A DNA stretch of 64,000 nt from an uncultured SAR86 cluster bacterium (GTDB taxonomy: Bacteria; Pseudomonadota; Gammaproteobacteria; Magnimaribacterales; AG-339-G14). The notes under the pieces were generated by a model. The model ran no database searches. It was not told the DNA's origin and saw nothing but the letters and a program-made list of their open reading frames with translations. Below are positions 39,895 through 51,305 of this stretch, piece by piece. Numbering within the stretch: position 1 is the first letter of the stretch; each line of letters starts with the position of its first letter. The DNA lies in the NCBI GenBank assembly GCA_902561325.1, contig CACEOL010000003.1, positions 15,805-79,804 of the forward strand, written 5' to 3'. The translations under genes and the position numbers were made by a program.

Positions 39895-42477
39895 ATGCTT
39901 GAGGATTATTTAAATTCAGTCAAGGAAAGAGATAGTCAAGGTATACCCCCTTTGCCTCTTGATGCTGAACAAACTTCTAGTTTGATAGAACTTATTAAAA
40001 TTGCTTCAAAAAATGATAAAAACCTTTTGGAGCTTTTGACTGAAAGAGTTCCTGCAGGTGTCGATGATGCTGCATATGTGAAAGCTGCATTTCTCTCTGA
40101 TATCGCAAATAAAAAAATCTCTTGTGAATTAATCTCTCCAAAAGAGGCTACGTTTTACTTAGGTACCATGCTTGGAGGCTACAATGTAGAGCCTTTAATC
40201 TCATTGATAGATGATTCTGAGTGTGGAGATGAAGCTGTAAAAGCATTATCAAATACTCTTTTAGTGTTCGATGCATTCAATGATATTGCAGAAAAATCTA
40301 AATCTTCAAAGAATGCCGCTAAAATTTTAAATTCTTGGGCAGAAGCTGAATGGTTCTTATCAAAACCTGAAGTGCCAGAAAAGATAGATACAATTATTTT
40401 TAAGGTGCCTGGAGAAACAAATACTGATGACTTGTCTCCTGCTCCGGATGCTTGGTCTAGGCCTGATATCCCTCTTCATGCTCTATCCATGTATAAAATG
40501 CCAAGGAAAGGTTTATCAAAAGAACCTTTGAAGGAAATTGAAGCTCTTAAAGAAAAGGGTTTACCTGTCACTTTGGTGGGTGACGTTATGGGCACAGGCT
40601 CATCAAGAAAATCTGCAACTAATTCTGTTCTTTGGCATATTGGTGAAGATATTCCTTTTATTCCAAATAAAAAAACTGGTGGAATTTGTATTGGAGAAAA
40701 AGTAGCTCCTATATTCTTTAATACCATGGAGGATTCAGGAACTTTGGTTTTTGAGGCAGATGTAGAGAACCTCAATATGGGAGATATTGTTTCTATATTT
40801 CCTGCTAAGGGAGAAATAAAAGATGAAAAAGGGAAACTAATTACTAAATTCAGCCTTAAATCAGAAACTTTTCTTGATGAAGTACGTGCTGGTGGAAGAA
40901 TACCTTTAATCATTGGAAGAAGCCTTACTGATAAATCTAGAGAGTATTTGAACTTGGCTCCTTCGGAAGTCTTCGTCAGACCTGGGATGGATGATGATTC
41001 TGATGAAGGTTTTACTCTTGCTCAAAAAATGGTTGGAAAAGCTTGTGGAGTGAAAGGTATAAGACCAGGAACATACTGTGAACCCATAATGACAACCGTA
41101 GGGTCTCAAGACACAACTGGCCCAATGACTAGGGACGAGCTAAAGGAGCTAGCCTGTCTTGGCTTTACTTCAGATTTAGTGATGCAGTCTTTTTGTCATA
41201 CTGTCGCTTATCCAAAACCTGTTGATATAGAAACTCAACACACACTCCCTGAGTTTATAAGAACAAGAGGAGGAGTTGCTCTTAAGCCAGGAGATGGAAT
41301 TATTCATTCTTGGTTAAATAGAATGCTTTTACCAGACACTGTAGGGACTGGAGGGGACTCTCATACTAGATTTCCGATAGGAATAAGTTTCCCCGCAGGC
41401 TCAGGATTGGTTGCATTTGGTGCTGCTTTGGGAGTAATACCTTTAGACATGCCTGAATCTGTGTTGGTTAGGTTTTCTGGTGAGATGCAGCCAGGAATTA
41501 CTTTGAGAGACTTGGTAAATGCAATTCCTTATGCAGCAATCCAAAGAGGTTTGCTCACAGTAGAAAAAGAAAATAAGAAAAATATTTTTTCGGGAAGATG
41601 CTTAGAAATAGAAGGCTTGTCTGATTTAAAAATCGAACAAGCTTTTGAACTTTCGGATGCGTCTGCAGAAAGATCGGCTTCAGGTTGTACTGTACTTTTG
41701 GATGAGGAGCCTATTTTAGAATATTTAAAATCAAATGTTGTCCTTTTGAGATGGTTAATTTCAGAAGGTTATGGGGATTCTAGGACACTTGAGCGAAGAG
41801 CCCAAAAAATGGAAAGCTGGATAAAAAATCCTGTTCTGTTGAAACCTGACTCAAACGCAAAATATGCCGCTACTATAGAAATAGATCTTAATGAAATCAA
41901 AGAACCCCTGCTAGCATGTCCTAATGACCCTGACGATATTAAAACTCTTTCTGAAATTGGAGAAGTAAATATTGATGAAGTTTTTATTGGATCGTGTATG
42001 ACAAACATTGGTCATTTTCGAGCAGCCGGAAAGCTTCTTAAAAATGTTTCTTCCCCTTTACCCACAAGACTCTGGATTTCGCCTCCAACGAGAATGGATA
42101 AATTCCAATTGGAAGAAGAAGGTTTTTATGAAATATATAAAAATGCCGATGTTAGAACTGAAGTTCCAGGTTGCTCTTTGTGTATGGGAAATCAGGCAAG
42201 GGTTGAGCCAAATTCAACAGTTGTTTCTACCTCTACAAGAAATTTTCCAAACCGACTTGGAGATGGAGCAGACGTATTTCTTGCATCAGCAGAATTAGCT
42301 GCAATTTCATCTATTCTTGGCAAACTGCCTTCTGTGGAAGAATACAATAATTTTATGAGAGACATAAATACAATGTCTTCAGAGATTTTTAGATATATGA
42401 ATTTTAATGAAATTGCATCTTATAAAAATGCTGCTGAGAATGCGGTTTTGCCTTCAGTAACAATAGAAACTAATTAA
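39895..42477 (+). CDS. acnB: aconitate hydratase B
   Basis: The ORF opens at 39856, but ATG 39895 (GGAGA 5 nt upstream) gives [26 protein letters not shown], which is collinear with E. coli AcnB MLEEYRKHVAERAAEGIAPKPLDANQ. 860 aa. Confidence 0.96.
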   Translation: MLEDYLNSVKERDSQGIPPLPLDAEQTSSLIELIKIASKNDKNLLELLTERVPAGVDDAAYVKAAFLSDIANKKISCELISPKEATFYLGTMLGGYNVEPLISLIDDSECGDEAVKALSNTLLVFDAFNDIAEKSKSSKNAAKILNSWAEAEWFLSKPEVPEKIDTIIFKVPGETNTDDLSPAPDAWSRPDIPLHALSMYKMPRKGLSKEPLKEIEALKEKGLPVTLVGDVMGTGSSRKSATNSVLWHIGEDIPFIPNKKTGGICIGEKVAPIFFNTMEDSGTLVFEADVENLNMGDIVSIFPAKGEIKDEKGKLITKFSLKSETFLDEVRAGGRIPLIIGRSLTDKSREYLNLAPSEVFVRPGMDDDSDEGFTLAQKMVGKACGVKGIRPGTYCEPIMTTVGSQDTTGPMTRDELKELACLGFTSDLVMQSFCHTVAYPKPVDIETQHTLPEFIRTRGGVALKPGDGIIHSWLNRMLLPDTVGTGGDSHTRFPIGISFPAGSGLVAFGAALGVIPLDMPESVLVRFSGEMQPGITLRDLVNAIPYAAIQRGLLTVEKENKKNIFSGRCLEIEGLSDLKIEQAFELSDASAERSASGCTVLLDEEPILEYLKSNVVLLRWLISEGYGDSRTLERRAQKMESWIKNPVLLKPDSNAKYAATIEIDLNEIKEPLLACPNDPDDIKTLSEIGEVNIDEVFIGSCMTNIGHFRAAGKLLKNVSSPLPTRLWISPPTRMDKFQLEEEGFYEIYKNADVRTEVPGCSLCMGNQARVEPNSTVVSTSTRNFPNRLGDGADVFLASAELAAISSILGKLPSVEEYNNFMRDINTMSSEIFRYMNFNEIASYKNAAENAVLPSVTIETN

Positions 42478-43963
42478 TTAAGCCTTTAGTTGGTGATTTA
42501 TTAGAGTCTTTTCTGTCTACCTCAAGATTCATCAAATATTCCTCTGTCACAGAGCCACAAATGTAATTTCCATCAAAAATAGAAGTTTCAAAATTTTTCA
42601 TATTTGGATTACCCTCTTGAGCAGCTAAAATTAAATCAGATAAATTTTGATATACAAGCCAGTCTGCTCCGATGAAGTCTGCAATTTGACTTTCGTCTCT
42701 TTGGTGGGCAATCAATTCTGTAGTTGCCGCCATATCGATTCCATAAACATTTTGAAACCTTACAGGGGGAGCCGCCGAGGCAAAATATACTTTTTTTGCA
42801 CCTACCTTTCTTACCATTTCAACTATCTGTTTACTCGTAGTACCTCTTACTATTGAGTCATCAATTAAAAGAATGTTTTTTCCCTTGAATTCGTACGACA
42901 CAGGATTTAACTTTCTTCTAACAGATTTACTTCTCATTTCTTGTTTAGGCATGATGAAAGTTCTGCCAATGTATCTATTTTTTACAAAACCTTCTCGATA
43001 GCTAACTCCCAATGTTTTTGCAACTTCAATTGCTGATGTAGTACTGCTTTCTGGAATGGGTATCACTGCATCTATGTCATGATCAGGGTATAAAGAGAGA
43101 ATTTTTTTACCTAAATATTGACCCATTCTAAGACGAGATTTCATAACAGATATTTTATCTATAACAGCATCAGGTCTTGCTAAGTAGACATATTCAAAAA
43201 TACATGGAGAGTGTGAGGGATTATCAAAGCAGACTTTTCTTTCAACTTCTCCCTCTAAAGATATAAAAACTGCTTCTCCAGGATTTACATCGCCAACTAC
43301 TTCAAAATTAAGGGTTTCTAGGGCTGGACTTTCAGAAGCAATCATATAATCAGAGCCGATTAAATCATTGTCTTTTTTTCCTAAGATCAATGGTCTGATT
43401 CCGTTAGGATCTCTAAACCCGACTATACCAACACCACAAATCATAATTACAACAGAATAGGCGCCTTTAAGTCTTTTGTGAGTCCTTGAGACTGCTTCAA
43501 AAATTTCTTTGGCTGACGGTTTTGTACCAGGAAAGTTAACTTTATATAGTTCATGAGCAAAAACGTTAAGAATGATTTCGGAATCCGAATTAGTGTTAAT
43601 GTGTCTAAAATCTTCAAAGATCAGTTCTTGGGTGAGCTCTTTTGTATTAACTAGATTACCGTTATGAGAAATACTAATTCCAAAAGGAGAATTCGAATAC
43701 ATAGGTTGTGCAAGCTCTCTATTTTGCCCGCCTGCAGTTGGATATCTAACATGACCAATGCCTATTTTCCCTTTAAGAGAAACTATATGTTGTTGTCTGA
43801 ATACTTCTCTAACTAGGCCCAGTTGTTTTCGAATATGAAATTTTTCCCCTTCATTTGTAGCGATTCCAGCAGCATCTTGGCCCCTGTGTTGAATTACAGT
43901 AAGAGCTTCATACAAAGCGGGAGCAGCATCCTCTTTAGAAACTATACCAACAACACCACACAT
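42470..43963 (-). CDS. purF: amidophosphoribosyltransferase
   Basis: 497 aa. N-terminal nucleophile MCGVVGI and PRPP-binding motif [12 protein letters not shown]. Confidence 0.96.
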   Translation of the reverse strand: MCGVVGIVSKEDAAPALYEALTVIQHRGQDAAGIATNEGEKFHIRKQLGLVREVFRQQHIVSLKGKIGIGHVRYPTAGGQNRELAQPMYSNSPFGISISHNGNLVNTKELTQELIFEDFRHINTNSDSEIILNVFAHELYKVNFPGTKPSAKEIFEAVSRTHKRLKGAYSVVIMICGVGIVGFRDPNGIRPLILGKKDNDLIGSDYMIASESPALETLNFEVVGDVNPGEAVFISLEGEVERKVCFDNPSHSPCIFEYVYLARPDAVIDKISVMKSRLRMGQYLGKKILSLYPDHDIDAVIPIPESSTTSAIEVAKTLGVSYREGFVKNRYIGRTFIMPKQEMRSKSVRRKLNPVSYEFKGKNILLIDDSIVRGTTSKQIVEMVRKVGAKKVYFASAAPPVRFQNVYGIDMAATTELIAHQRDESQIADFIGADWLVYQNLSDLILAAQEGNPNMKNFETSIFDGNYICGSVTEEYLMNLEVDRKDSNKSPTKGLIN

Positions 43964-43973
43964 TTTGCGTAAT

Positions 43974-44510
43974 TTAATTAAAAGGGTTTTGTTCTAAGTC
44001 TAAATCTTCAGAATTGATTTCTTTATAAGGTACCTTACCTACAAAAGAGCCTAGATGGTCTGCACCAGTTAAAATATAGTCAGACATGTAACTATCTTTC
44101 CACCATGTTTGACGCATTATATACGTGTCTCCAACTAAAAACATTACAATTATAATTACAGAGCCTCTAAAACCTCCAAATAAACCGCCAAAAATTCTGT
44201 CCAAAAGACCTTTTTGCATTGAATTCATTCCCTTCATAATGGCTTTTCCTGAAATTCTAAAAATAATTAGCAAAACAATAAAAATTGATACAAAACTAAA
44301 GATACTTTTTATTTCTTTATCATCAATGAAATTATCAAAAATCTCCATAGGGTAATAACGGAAAAACCATGCAATCAAAATGGCACTTATCCAAATAGCA
44401 TTTGAAATAATTTCAACATACAAACCTCTAGAAATACCAATCAGAAGCGAACTAAAAAAAATCAGTAATATAAAAAAATCAAAAGTATTTAAATACAATA
44501 GAAAATCCAT
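43974..44510 (-). CDS. cvpA: CvpA-family membrane protein
   Basis: 178 aa with about 4 TM helices. Lies between folC and purF, as in E. coli and Pseudomonas. Confidence 0.8.
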   Translation of the reverse strand: MDFLLYLNTFDFFILLIFFSSLLIGISRGLYVEIISNAIWISAILIAWFFRYYPMEIFDNFIDDKEIKSIFSFVSIFIVLLIIFRISGKAIMKGMNSMQKGLLDRIFGGLFGGFRGSVIIIVMFLVGDTYIMRQTWWKDSYMSDYILTGADHLGSFVGKVPYKEINSEDLDLEQNPFN

Positions 44511-45733
44511 TATAAAACTTCTTTCAAACTAGATATGGAAACAGGAAGGTTTCTCTTTTCTAATAAAAATTTAAAAAATTCTCCAGAGAAGTAAAAAGAG
44601 CCAATAAATAAATTAAGTTCATTTATGCTTGTATCCTTTGTTACTAAATAAAGACTTTTCATTGAATCCTTGACATTAAAGCTAAATTTTAGTCTTTCTA
44701 TTTTTGATAAAATTTTTTTTGATGACATTAGTTTTTTATGGATGTTGTCAACTAAGTAGATTTTATCAACTATACCTTCAAAAGGCTCTAATAGTTTTTC
44801 TGGATCTTTATTTTCTGAACACCCAAAAAATAAATTAATTTTTTTTCCCTTAAAATTTGAATCAAGGTAGTTAATTAAATTTCTTACTGAATCTTCATTA
44901 TGGGCAGAATCTATAAGAAAATTGTCAAATAAGGTCAACCTGCCAAAAATCTTAAAATCATCTAAGAATTTCTCTGTGATTTCAGAAGAAAAATCAAAGA
45001 TACTATTTTTTGAAACTTCATTTAGGCAAAAAAGAACTTCCCTAGAAATAGTTCTTTTTTTAGAAAACTCATTAAGAGAACAACTTTTTTTTTCAGGAGA
45101 GATTAAAAAAGAATTAACTTTTGAAGCTTTTTCAATGATTGCATTTGGTACATTTTCAGAGCCGAATATAAAAGGTTTTTCAGGTCTTGCAATTTCAGCC
45201 TTCTCAGCTGCAATTTCTTCTATTGTATCTCCTAGATACTCTTGGTGGTCTAGAGCTACTTTGGTAATCACAGATATATCGGGTTCTATAAAATTCATTG
45301 GATCTAACCTTCCTCCCATTCCTATCTCTAGAATCCAAAGATCTAAATCTGATTTATTGAAGTGATATAAAGCTGCTAAAGAAATTATTTGATAGAAATT
45401 TAAATTATGACTTTCTTTGTATTCATTGAATCTCTTCAAAACGTCTAAAAGTTTTTCGTCTGATATTTCTTTATCATTTACTCTGATACGTTCATTAAAA
45501 TTTAGAAGATGAGGAGAAGTATAAGTTCCAACTGAAACATTCCTTTTTAAAGCAAGTTTAGTAATTAATTCTGAAAGCGACCCTTTTCCATTGGTACCGC
45601 CAATTAGAATGATTTCTTTAGGTTTTTTTAAATTCAAAGAGTTAAGAACTTCTTTATATCCATCTAAACTCTTTTTCTTGAAATTTTGGATAAGGAGATT
45701 TTCTTCAATCCATTTTGCTAAATTTTCAGTCAA
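44510..45733 (-). CDS. folC: dihydrofolate synthase / folylpolyglutamate synthase
   Basis: 407 aa with the Mur-ligase P-loop GGTNGKGS. Lies downstream of accD. Confidence 0.85.
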   Translation of the reverse strand: MTENLAKWIEENLLIQNFKKKSLDGYKEVLNSLNLKKPKEIILIGGTNGKGSLSELITKLALKRNVSVGTYTSPHLLNFNERIRVNDKEISDEKLLDVLKRFNEYKESHNLNFYQIISLAALYHFNKSDLDLWILEIGMGGRLDPMNFIEPDISVITKVALDHQEYLGDTIEEIAAEKAEIARPEKPFIFGSENVPNAIIEKASKVNSFLISPEKKSCSLNEFSKKRTISREVLFCLNEVSKNSIFDFSSEITEKFLDDFKIFGRLTLFDNFLIDSAHNEDSVRNLINYLDSNFKGKKINLFFGCSENKDPEKLLEPFEGIVDKIYLVDNIHKKLMSSKKILSKIERLKFSFNVKDSMKSLYLVTKDTSINELNLFIGSFYFSGEFFKFLLEKRNLPVSISSLKEVL

Positions 45734-45737
45734 TGAA

Positions 45738-46601
45738 TTAACCGGTAATGTGTAATTTAGATATCAAGCCTGAAATCTTATCTTTCATATGAGATCTTTG
45801 AACAATCATATCTATCATTCCGTGTTTCAAAAGAAACTCACTTCTTTGAAAGCCCTCCGGTAGCTTAACTCTTACAGTATCTTCAATAACTCTTGGTCCA
45901 GCAAATCCTACTTGTGCTTTTGGTTCAGCAATATTTATATCTCCAAGCATCGCTAAACTTGCTGCAACTCCACCATATATTGGATCAGTCAATACTGAAA
46001 TAAATGGGAGCTTTTTACTTTTTAATTTGTTTAGTGCAGCACTTGTTCTAGACATTTGAAATAAAGAAAATAAAGATTCTTGCATCCTTGCTCCCCCACT
46101 GGTTGCTACACATATAAAAGGGCAAGATTTTTCAATAGCAAATTCAACTGCATCGACGAATTTTTGACCGACTACCGAACCCATTGAGCCTCCCAAAAAT
46201 CTAAATTCAAATACCGATAATACTACGTCTTTGTCGTTTAGTTTTCCATGGACAGAAATCAAAGCTTCGGTTTCATCAATATTTGTTTTTGCGTCATTTA
46301 ACCTTTCTTTATATTTCTTTGTATCTGTGAACGAAAGCCAATCCTTTGTTTTTAGTTCAGATGAGATTTCTTCATACTCATCATGATCAATTAAGTAAGA
46401 AATTCTGTGTCTTGCTCCTATTCTTATATGATGATCGCAATTTGGACAGACATACATATTCGCCTCAAGATCAGGTCCATAAAGAATTTCTTTACAATTT
46501 GAGCAGGTCTGCCAGAGTCCTTGAGGAACTGGACTTTTTTTCTCTTCTTTATGTTGTTTTCCTAGAGAAGGCAGGATCTTGTTAAACCAGCTTTTAACCA
46601 T
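45738..46601 (-). CDS. accD: acetyl-CoA carboxylase carboxyltransferase beta subunit
   Basis: 287 aa with the N-terminal zinc ribbon CSNCKEILYGPDLEANMYVCPNCDHH. Confidence 0.95.
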   Translation of the reverse strand: MVKSWFNKILPSLGKQHKEEKKSPVPQGLWQTCSNCKEILYGPDLEANMYVCPNCDHHIRIGARHRISYLIDHDEYEEISSELKTKDWLSFTDTKKYKERLNDAKTNIDETEALISVHGKLNDKDVVLSVFEFRFLGGSMGSVVGQKFVDAVEFAIEKSCPFICVATSGGARMQESLFSLFQMSRTSAALNKLKSKKLPFISVLTDPIYGGVAASLAMLGDINIAEPKAQVGFAGPRVIEDTVRVKLPEGFQRSEFLLKHGMIDMIVQRSHMKDKISGLISKLHITG

Positions 46602-47379
46602 ATGAATTTATAGCTTTTTTTAAAGATTTAGTGAAGTTTGAGATTTTTGGGGTAGATTTTTTTTCTATGAAGTCAATGATTTTTGTCCCAACTACTATGC
46701 CGTCTGAAAAAGATGCCATCTTTTTTGCTGTTGACGCATCTTTAATGCCAAACCCAACTACAACTGGAAGATTTGTTAGTGACTTTATCTTTTTTACTTT
46801 ATTTTTTACTTCGTTGAAGTTTTTTAATTCAGCTCCGGTTATTCCTTTTAATGAAACGTAGTACAAATATCCAGATGAAGAAGCAAGCATCTTTTTCAAC
46901 CTTATGGAATCTGTTGTTGGCGAAATTAGCCTTATGAGATCAATATTTTCTTTTTTTAGGTTATTAAAAAAGGATTTACTTTCATCGTAGGGTAAATCTA
47001 CAACTATCACACCATCTACGCCGGCTTGGTTTAATTCTTTTGCCAATTTATTTTTGAGTGATAAAAATGAGTTCATATAGCCCATGAGAACAATAGGTAT
47101 GTTTTTATTTTTAATTCTGATTTGTCTACAAAGATTTAAAATATCTTTAAATTCAATATTTTTTTTAAGCGCCCTTTCATGTGCCTTCTGAATAACAGGG
47201 CCTTCAGACATTGGATCGGAAAAAGGCACCCCAATTTCTAAAATATCTGCCCCTGAAGCAATTAAATCATTGAGAATTTTTTTTGAGCTCCCTAAATTAG
47301 GATCTCCAGCAACCGTATAAGTTACTAAAACTTTATTTTTAGTTTCTTTTTTATTGAAGACTTTTTCTAAACGCGTCAC
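46594..47379 (-). CDS. trpA: tryptophan synthase alpha chain
   Basis: 261-aa TIM-barrel TrpA ([17 protein letters not shown]). Has a 4-nt overlap with trpB. Confidence 0.92.
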   Translation of the reverse strand: MTRLEKVFNKKETKNKVLVTYTVAGDPNLGSSKKILNDLIASGADILEIGVPFSDPMSEGPVIQKAHERALKKNIEFKDILNLCRQIRIKNKNIPIVLMGYMNSFLSLKNKLAKELNQAGVDGVIVVDLPYDESKSFFNNLKKENIDLIRLISPTTDSIRLKKMLASSSGYLYYVSLKGITGAELKNFNEVKNKVKKIKSLTNLPVVVGFGIKDASTAKKMASFSDGIVVGTKIIDFIEKKSTPKISNFTKSLKKAINSYG

Positions 47380-48590
47380 AAAGTCATTCCATCTTCTTTA
47401 GCAACTGTAAACATATCTTTATCCCCTCTTCCAGATAGATTGATGACTATTGTCTTAGACTTGGGAAGTTTAGGTGCAATTTTGTTTACATAGGCTAAGG
47501 CATGTGAAGTTTCTAATGCAGGCATAATTCCTTCAGTTTTAGTTAAATCATGGAAGCTTTTTAATGCCTGCTGATCGGTTGCGCTTTGATACTCAACTCT
47601 ACCAATATCTCTCAAATAAGCATGTTCTGGACCAACTCCCGGATAATCTAAGCCCGCTGAAACCGAATGCGTTGATAAAATCTGACCGTTTTTGTCTTGC
47701 ATAAGATAAGTTTTCATTCCGTGCAATACTCCTACCTTACCATCACTTAATGGTGCTGCGTGTTTACCTGATTTCACTCCAGAACCTCCTGCTTCAACGC
47801 CAACTAATTTAGTTTTTGTTTCTTTAATAAAGGGATGGAAAATACCCATTGCATTTGATCCGCCTCCAACGCAAGCAACAATAATGTCGGGATATTTACC
47901 AAACTCTTTTTTTGATTGAATCTTAAGTTCTTTTCCGACAATAGAATTAAAATCTCTGACAATTTCGGGGTATGGGTGAGGTCCTGCCACGCTACCAATA
48001 ATATAATGGGTATCCTCAACATTAGTAACCCAGTCTCTCATTGCCTCATTCATAGCGTCTTTAAGAGTTTTTGTTCCAGAATCTACAGAACATACTTCTG
48101 CTCCTAGTAGTTTCATTCTATATACATTGAGCGCTTGTCTTTCAATATCTTCTTCGCCCATGAAAATAATACATTCCAGTCCATGCCTAGCTGCGACAGT
48201 CGCAGTTGCAACTCCATGTTGACCTGCACCAGTTTCAGCAATGACTCTTTTTTTACCCATTTTTTTTGCAAGTAAAACCTGACCAACAGTGTTATTTATT
48301 TTATGAGCTCCTGTGTGATTTAAGTCTTCTCTTTTCAAATAAATTTTTGCTCCACCAAGTTTTTTAGTCCATCTTTCAGCAAAATATAATGGTGATGGCC
48401 TGCCAACAAAATCATTTAAATCTTTTATTACTTCTTCTTGGAAGGATTTATCTTTTTTAACTTTAGCGTAAACTTTTTCTAACTCTTCAAGAGCTGTAAT
48501 AAGAGTTTCGGAGACATATTTGCCTCCAAATTCTCCAAATCTTCCCTCTTTATCGGGAAATGCATATTTATTTAAGTTTTTATATTTCAT
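47376..48590 (-). CDS. trpB: tryptophan synthase beta chain
   Basis: 404 aa. The PLP lysine lies in [11 protein letters not shown]. Confidence 0.97.
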   Translation of the reverse strand: MKYKNLNKYAFPDKEGRFGEFGGKYVSETLITALEELEKVYAKVKKDKSFQEEVIKDLNDFVGRPSPLYFAERWTKKLGGAKIYLKREDLNHTGAHKINNTVGQVLLAKKMGKKRVIAETGAGQHGVATATVAARHGLECIIFMGEEDIERQALNVYRMKLLGAEVCSVDSGTKTLKDAMNEAMRDWVTNVEDTHYIIGSVAGPHPYPEIVRDFNSIVGKELKIQSKKEFGKYPDIIVACVGGGSNAMGIFHPFIKETKTKLVGVEAGGSGVKSGKHAAPLSDGKVGVLHGMKTYLMQDKNGQILSTHSVSAGLDYPGVGPEHAYLRDIGRVEYQSATDQQALKSFHDLTKTEGIMPALETSHALAYVNKIAPKLPKSKTIVINLSGRGDKDMFTVAKEDGMTL

Positions 48591-49197
48591 CTACAATTTT
48601 TAAAAAGTGTTTTAATTCGGCAATATCTTTTTTTCCAGGTTTAGATTCTACTCCAGAAGCTAAATCAACGCCGTAAGGCTTATAGCTCTTTATCAAAGAC
48701 GTTATATTATTGGAATTTAAACCGCCTGCAATTATTAAATTATTTTTTATTTCTTTGGGTATAAGCTTCCAATCAAAAGTTTTTCCAGTACCTCCTCTTA
48801 CTTTTTGACCCCCGGAGTCAAGAAGAATTGCAAATGCATCACTGAATTCTACTATTTTATTTCGAAAGTCTTTCTCATTCATTGAAATAGCTTTTATGTA
48901 AGGTAGGCCAAAAGAAGAACAAAAGTCCTGACTCTCATCTCCATGAAATTGAAGAATAGGGTTATTAAAATAACTTATAGCTTTTTTTATACCTTCTCTT
49001 GATTCGTTAACAAATACGATGACGGGAGAAATTTTTTTATTAAAATATTTTCCTGAAGATTCTAAAAACTCAAAAGAAACATACCTTGGACTATCTTTAT
49101 CTCTATTAAAGCCTATGGCGTTTATATCCAATTTAATCAGATCTTTTAAGTCCTGATCATTTGTTACTCCGCAAATCTTAATATATGGTTTCATCAA
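48580..49197 (-). CDS. trpF: phosphoribosylanthranilate isomerase
   Basis: 205 aa. KICGVT start and a TIM barrel. Lies between truA and trpB. Confidence 0.88.
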   Translation of the reverse strand: MMKPYIKICGVTNDQDLKDLIKLDINAIGFNRDKDSPRYVSFEFLESSGKYFNKKISPVIVFVNESREGIKKAISYFNNPILQFHGDESQDFCSSFGLPYIKAISMNEKDFRNKIVEFSDAFAILLDSGGQKVRGGTGKTFDWKLIPKEIKNNLIIAGGLNSNNITSLIKSYKPYGVDLASGVESKPGKKDIAELKHFLKIVDEI

Positions 49198-49988
49198 CTC
49201 TTCAGCGTTAATTGATTATTATATTTTGGTTTGTATATTTTAAATGAAGGGTCGTATTCTGGTCCTAAATAAAATAAACCCTTTGCCTCTGCAGTCTTAC
49301 CTGCATGAGTTCTGTCTCTAGCTTCTAAAATATCTTTTATTGATTCAGGTGAAATTATTTCTGAACCAACTTCTATCAGAGTGCCAACAATAATTCGCAC
49401 CATATTCAACAGGAAAGCATTGGCGGATATTTCTATAGATACAATATTTTGCCTTTTTTTGAGCTTAACTTCGAATACATTTCTGTTGGGGCTGTTTGAT
49501 TGGCAGCCTGATCCTCTAAAAGAGGAAAAATCCTTTTCGCCAATAAGATGATTTGAAGCTTTTTGCATCAAATTTATATTAAGAGGAGCTCTTATCAGAG
49601 AAGTAAAATCTCTATTCAAGACAGATTGTTTATTACCGTTAAGAATATGATATCTATAAGTTCTTTTAGTTGCTGAAAATCTGGAATGAAAATCTGAATG
49701 AACTTTTTTAATCCAGTTTATGCTTATATCTCTAGGAAGGATTGAATTACACCCTGCTAACCATGCTTTATTCAATCTATTTGCTGAAGTCTCGAAATGA
49801 ATAACTTGCATCGAAGCGTGAACTCCCGAGTCAGTTCTACCTGAGCAAATAGTTTTTACACTTTCATCTGCAACCTTAGATAAAGATTCTTCAATTTTTT
49901 CTTGAATTGTCAGGTTAGTTTTTTTTTGTTTTTGCCAACCTTTGTAATAAGTACCGATATACTCTATACCTAATGCATATCTTTGCAT
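49194..49988 (-). CDS. truA: tRNA pseudouridine(38-40) synthase
   Basis: 264 aa. The catalytic Asp lies in GRTDSGVHA. Confidence 0.92.
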   Translation of the reverse strand: MQRYALGIEYIGTYYKGWQKQKKTNLTIQEKIEESLSKVADESVKTICSGRTDSGVHASMQVIHFETSANRLNKAWLAGCNSILPRDISINWIKKVHSDFHSRFSATKRTYRYHILNGNKQSVLNRDFTSLIRAPLNINLMQKASNHLIGEKDFSSFRGSGCQSNSPNRNVFEVKLKKRQNIVSIEISANAFLLNMVRIIVGTLIEVGSEIISPESIKDILEARDRTHAGKTAEAKGLFYLGPEYDPSFKIYKPKYNNQLTLKS

Positions 49989-49989
49989 G

Positions 49990-50292
49990 TTATTTTAGTT
50001 TTTGAGAGATTGTTTGGTAAGTATTTTTTTCCTCTTCTTCTAATTGATCTAGTTTAATTTTATTTAGAAGTTCTTTAGCTTTATCTATTTGGTTCATTTC
50101 AGAATAAGTGATGGCTAAATTTAAATTAATTGAATTTTCTTTCCCAAGTTCATTAGTAGGTTTTTTCAATTCTTTCTGATTTCTTTCTTCTCCTTTTTTT
50201 GAATTATCAGTAAAAAATAAAAGAAAAATTAAAAAGGCAAAAATCAAAATCCCAATTAATAAATAAATTTCCCTGGGTAAGAAAGTATCCAT
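49990..50292 (-). CDS. FimV C-terminal-motif membrane protein (vestigial FimV)
   Basis: 100 aa with one N-terminal TM helix. LNLAITYSEMNQIDKAKELLNKI resembles the FimV C-terminal repeat (LDLARAYIEMGD..AR.LL..V). Occupies the fimV slot between asd and truA. Confidence 0.55.
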   Translation of the reverse strand: MDTFLPREIYLLIGILIFAFLIFLLFFTDNSKKGEERNQKELKKPTNELGKENSINLNLAITYSEMNQIDKAKELLNKIKLDQLEEEEKNTYQTISQKLK

Positions 50293-51305
50293 TAATTTTG
50301 TTTTTCTATTAAACGTTTTAAAATTTGCATGCTATTCAATGCTGCTCCTTTCCTTAAGTTATCAGAAATAACCCATAAATTTACTCTGTTTTCTTTCCAA
50401 AGGTCTTTTCTAATACTACCAACAAAAACCTCGTCTTTTCCTTCGGCATCATCCAAGGGAGTTGGATTAAATTCAGTATTTGAATTTATAACCTTTAAAC
50501 CGGGAAATGACTGCATTTTAGAAATCATTTCATCTAGATTTATCTCTAACTCTGTTTCTATATGAACTGCTTCGGAATGACCATAAAAAACGGGAACTCT
50601 CGCACACGATGCTGTAATTTGGATGCTTTCATCTAATATTTTTTGAGCTTCCCAAGTCATCTTCATTTCTTCTTCAGTATATCCGTTATCTAACTTAGGT
50701 CTATTTGCTCCAGGGAGAACATTAAACGCAATTTGTGATGAATAAATATTTTTTTTTATTTCATTCCCTTCTAGAAAATTTTTTGATTGATCAGTTAACT
50801 CGTCAATGGCTTCTTTACCTGTTCCTGAAACAGATTGATATGTTGCAACATCTACCCGTTTAACTTTATAAAGATCGTGAATTGGTTTGATTGCAACCAG
50901 TAATTGAGAAACTGAACAGTTGGGATTAGAAATAATTTGTGGGAGCTTCATATTATCCAAAAGTTCTCCATTCACTTCAGGGATAATCAGAGGAAACTCT
51001 TTGTCTTTTCTAAAACATGAAGAATTATCTATCACGGTGCAGCCAGACTCTTTTGCAATGGGTGCAAATTTTTTAGCAACTTCCGATCCGGCTGAAAAAA
51101 AAGCAAAATTGACTGAAGAAAAATCAAAATTTTCAATGTCCTCAACAACTATATCTGAGCCATTTAAATGAATTGATTTACCCGCAGACCTGCTACTAGC
51201 AACAATTTTTATTTCATCTATAGGTAGTTCATGAGTCTTTAAATATTCAATAAAAACTCTACCTACTGCACCAGTACCGCCAACAATCGCTAACTTATTA
51301 GACAT
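50292..51305 (-). CDS. asd: aspartate-semialdehyde dehydrogenase (short type)
   Basis: 337 aa. GGTGAVG Rossmann motif, the active-site Cys retained in SNPNCSVSQLL, and His in FYGHSEAVH. Confidence 0.88.
   Translation of the reverse strand: MSNKLAIVGGTGAVGRVFIEYLKTHELPIDEIKIVASSRSAGKSIHLNGSDIVVEDIENFDFSSVNFAFFSAGSEVAKKFAPIAKESGCTVIDNSSCFRKDKEFPLIIPEVNGELLDNMKLPQIISNPNCSVSQLLVAIKPIHDLYKVKRVDVATYQSVSGTGKEAIDELTDQSKNFLEGNEIKKNIYSSQIAFNVLPGANRPKLDNGYTEEEMKMTWEAQKILDESIQITASCARVPVFYGHSEAVHIETELEINLDEMISKMQSFPGLKVINSNTEFNPTPLDDAEGKDEVFVGSIRKDLWKENRVNLWVISDNLRKGAALNSMQILKRLIEKQN

Noticed and set aside
50292-51305. Whether the 337-aa Asd-like protein is the non-catalytic USG-1 paralogue that precedes truA in E. 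coli.
   Set aside because: The catalytic Cys (NPNCS) and His (YGHSEAVH) are retained, whereas E. coli Usg has lost the Cys. It is called asd.
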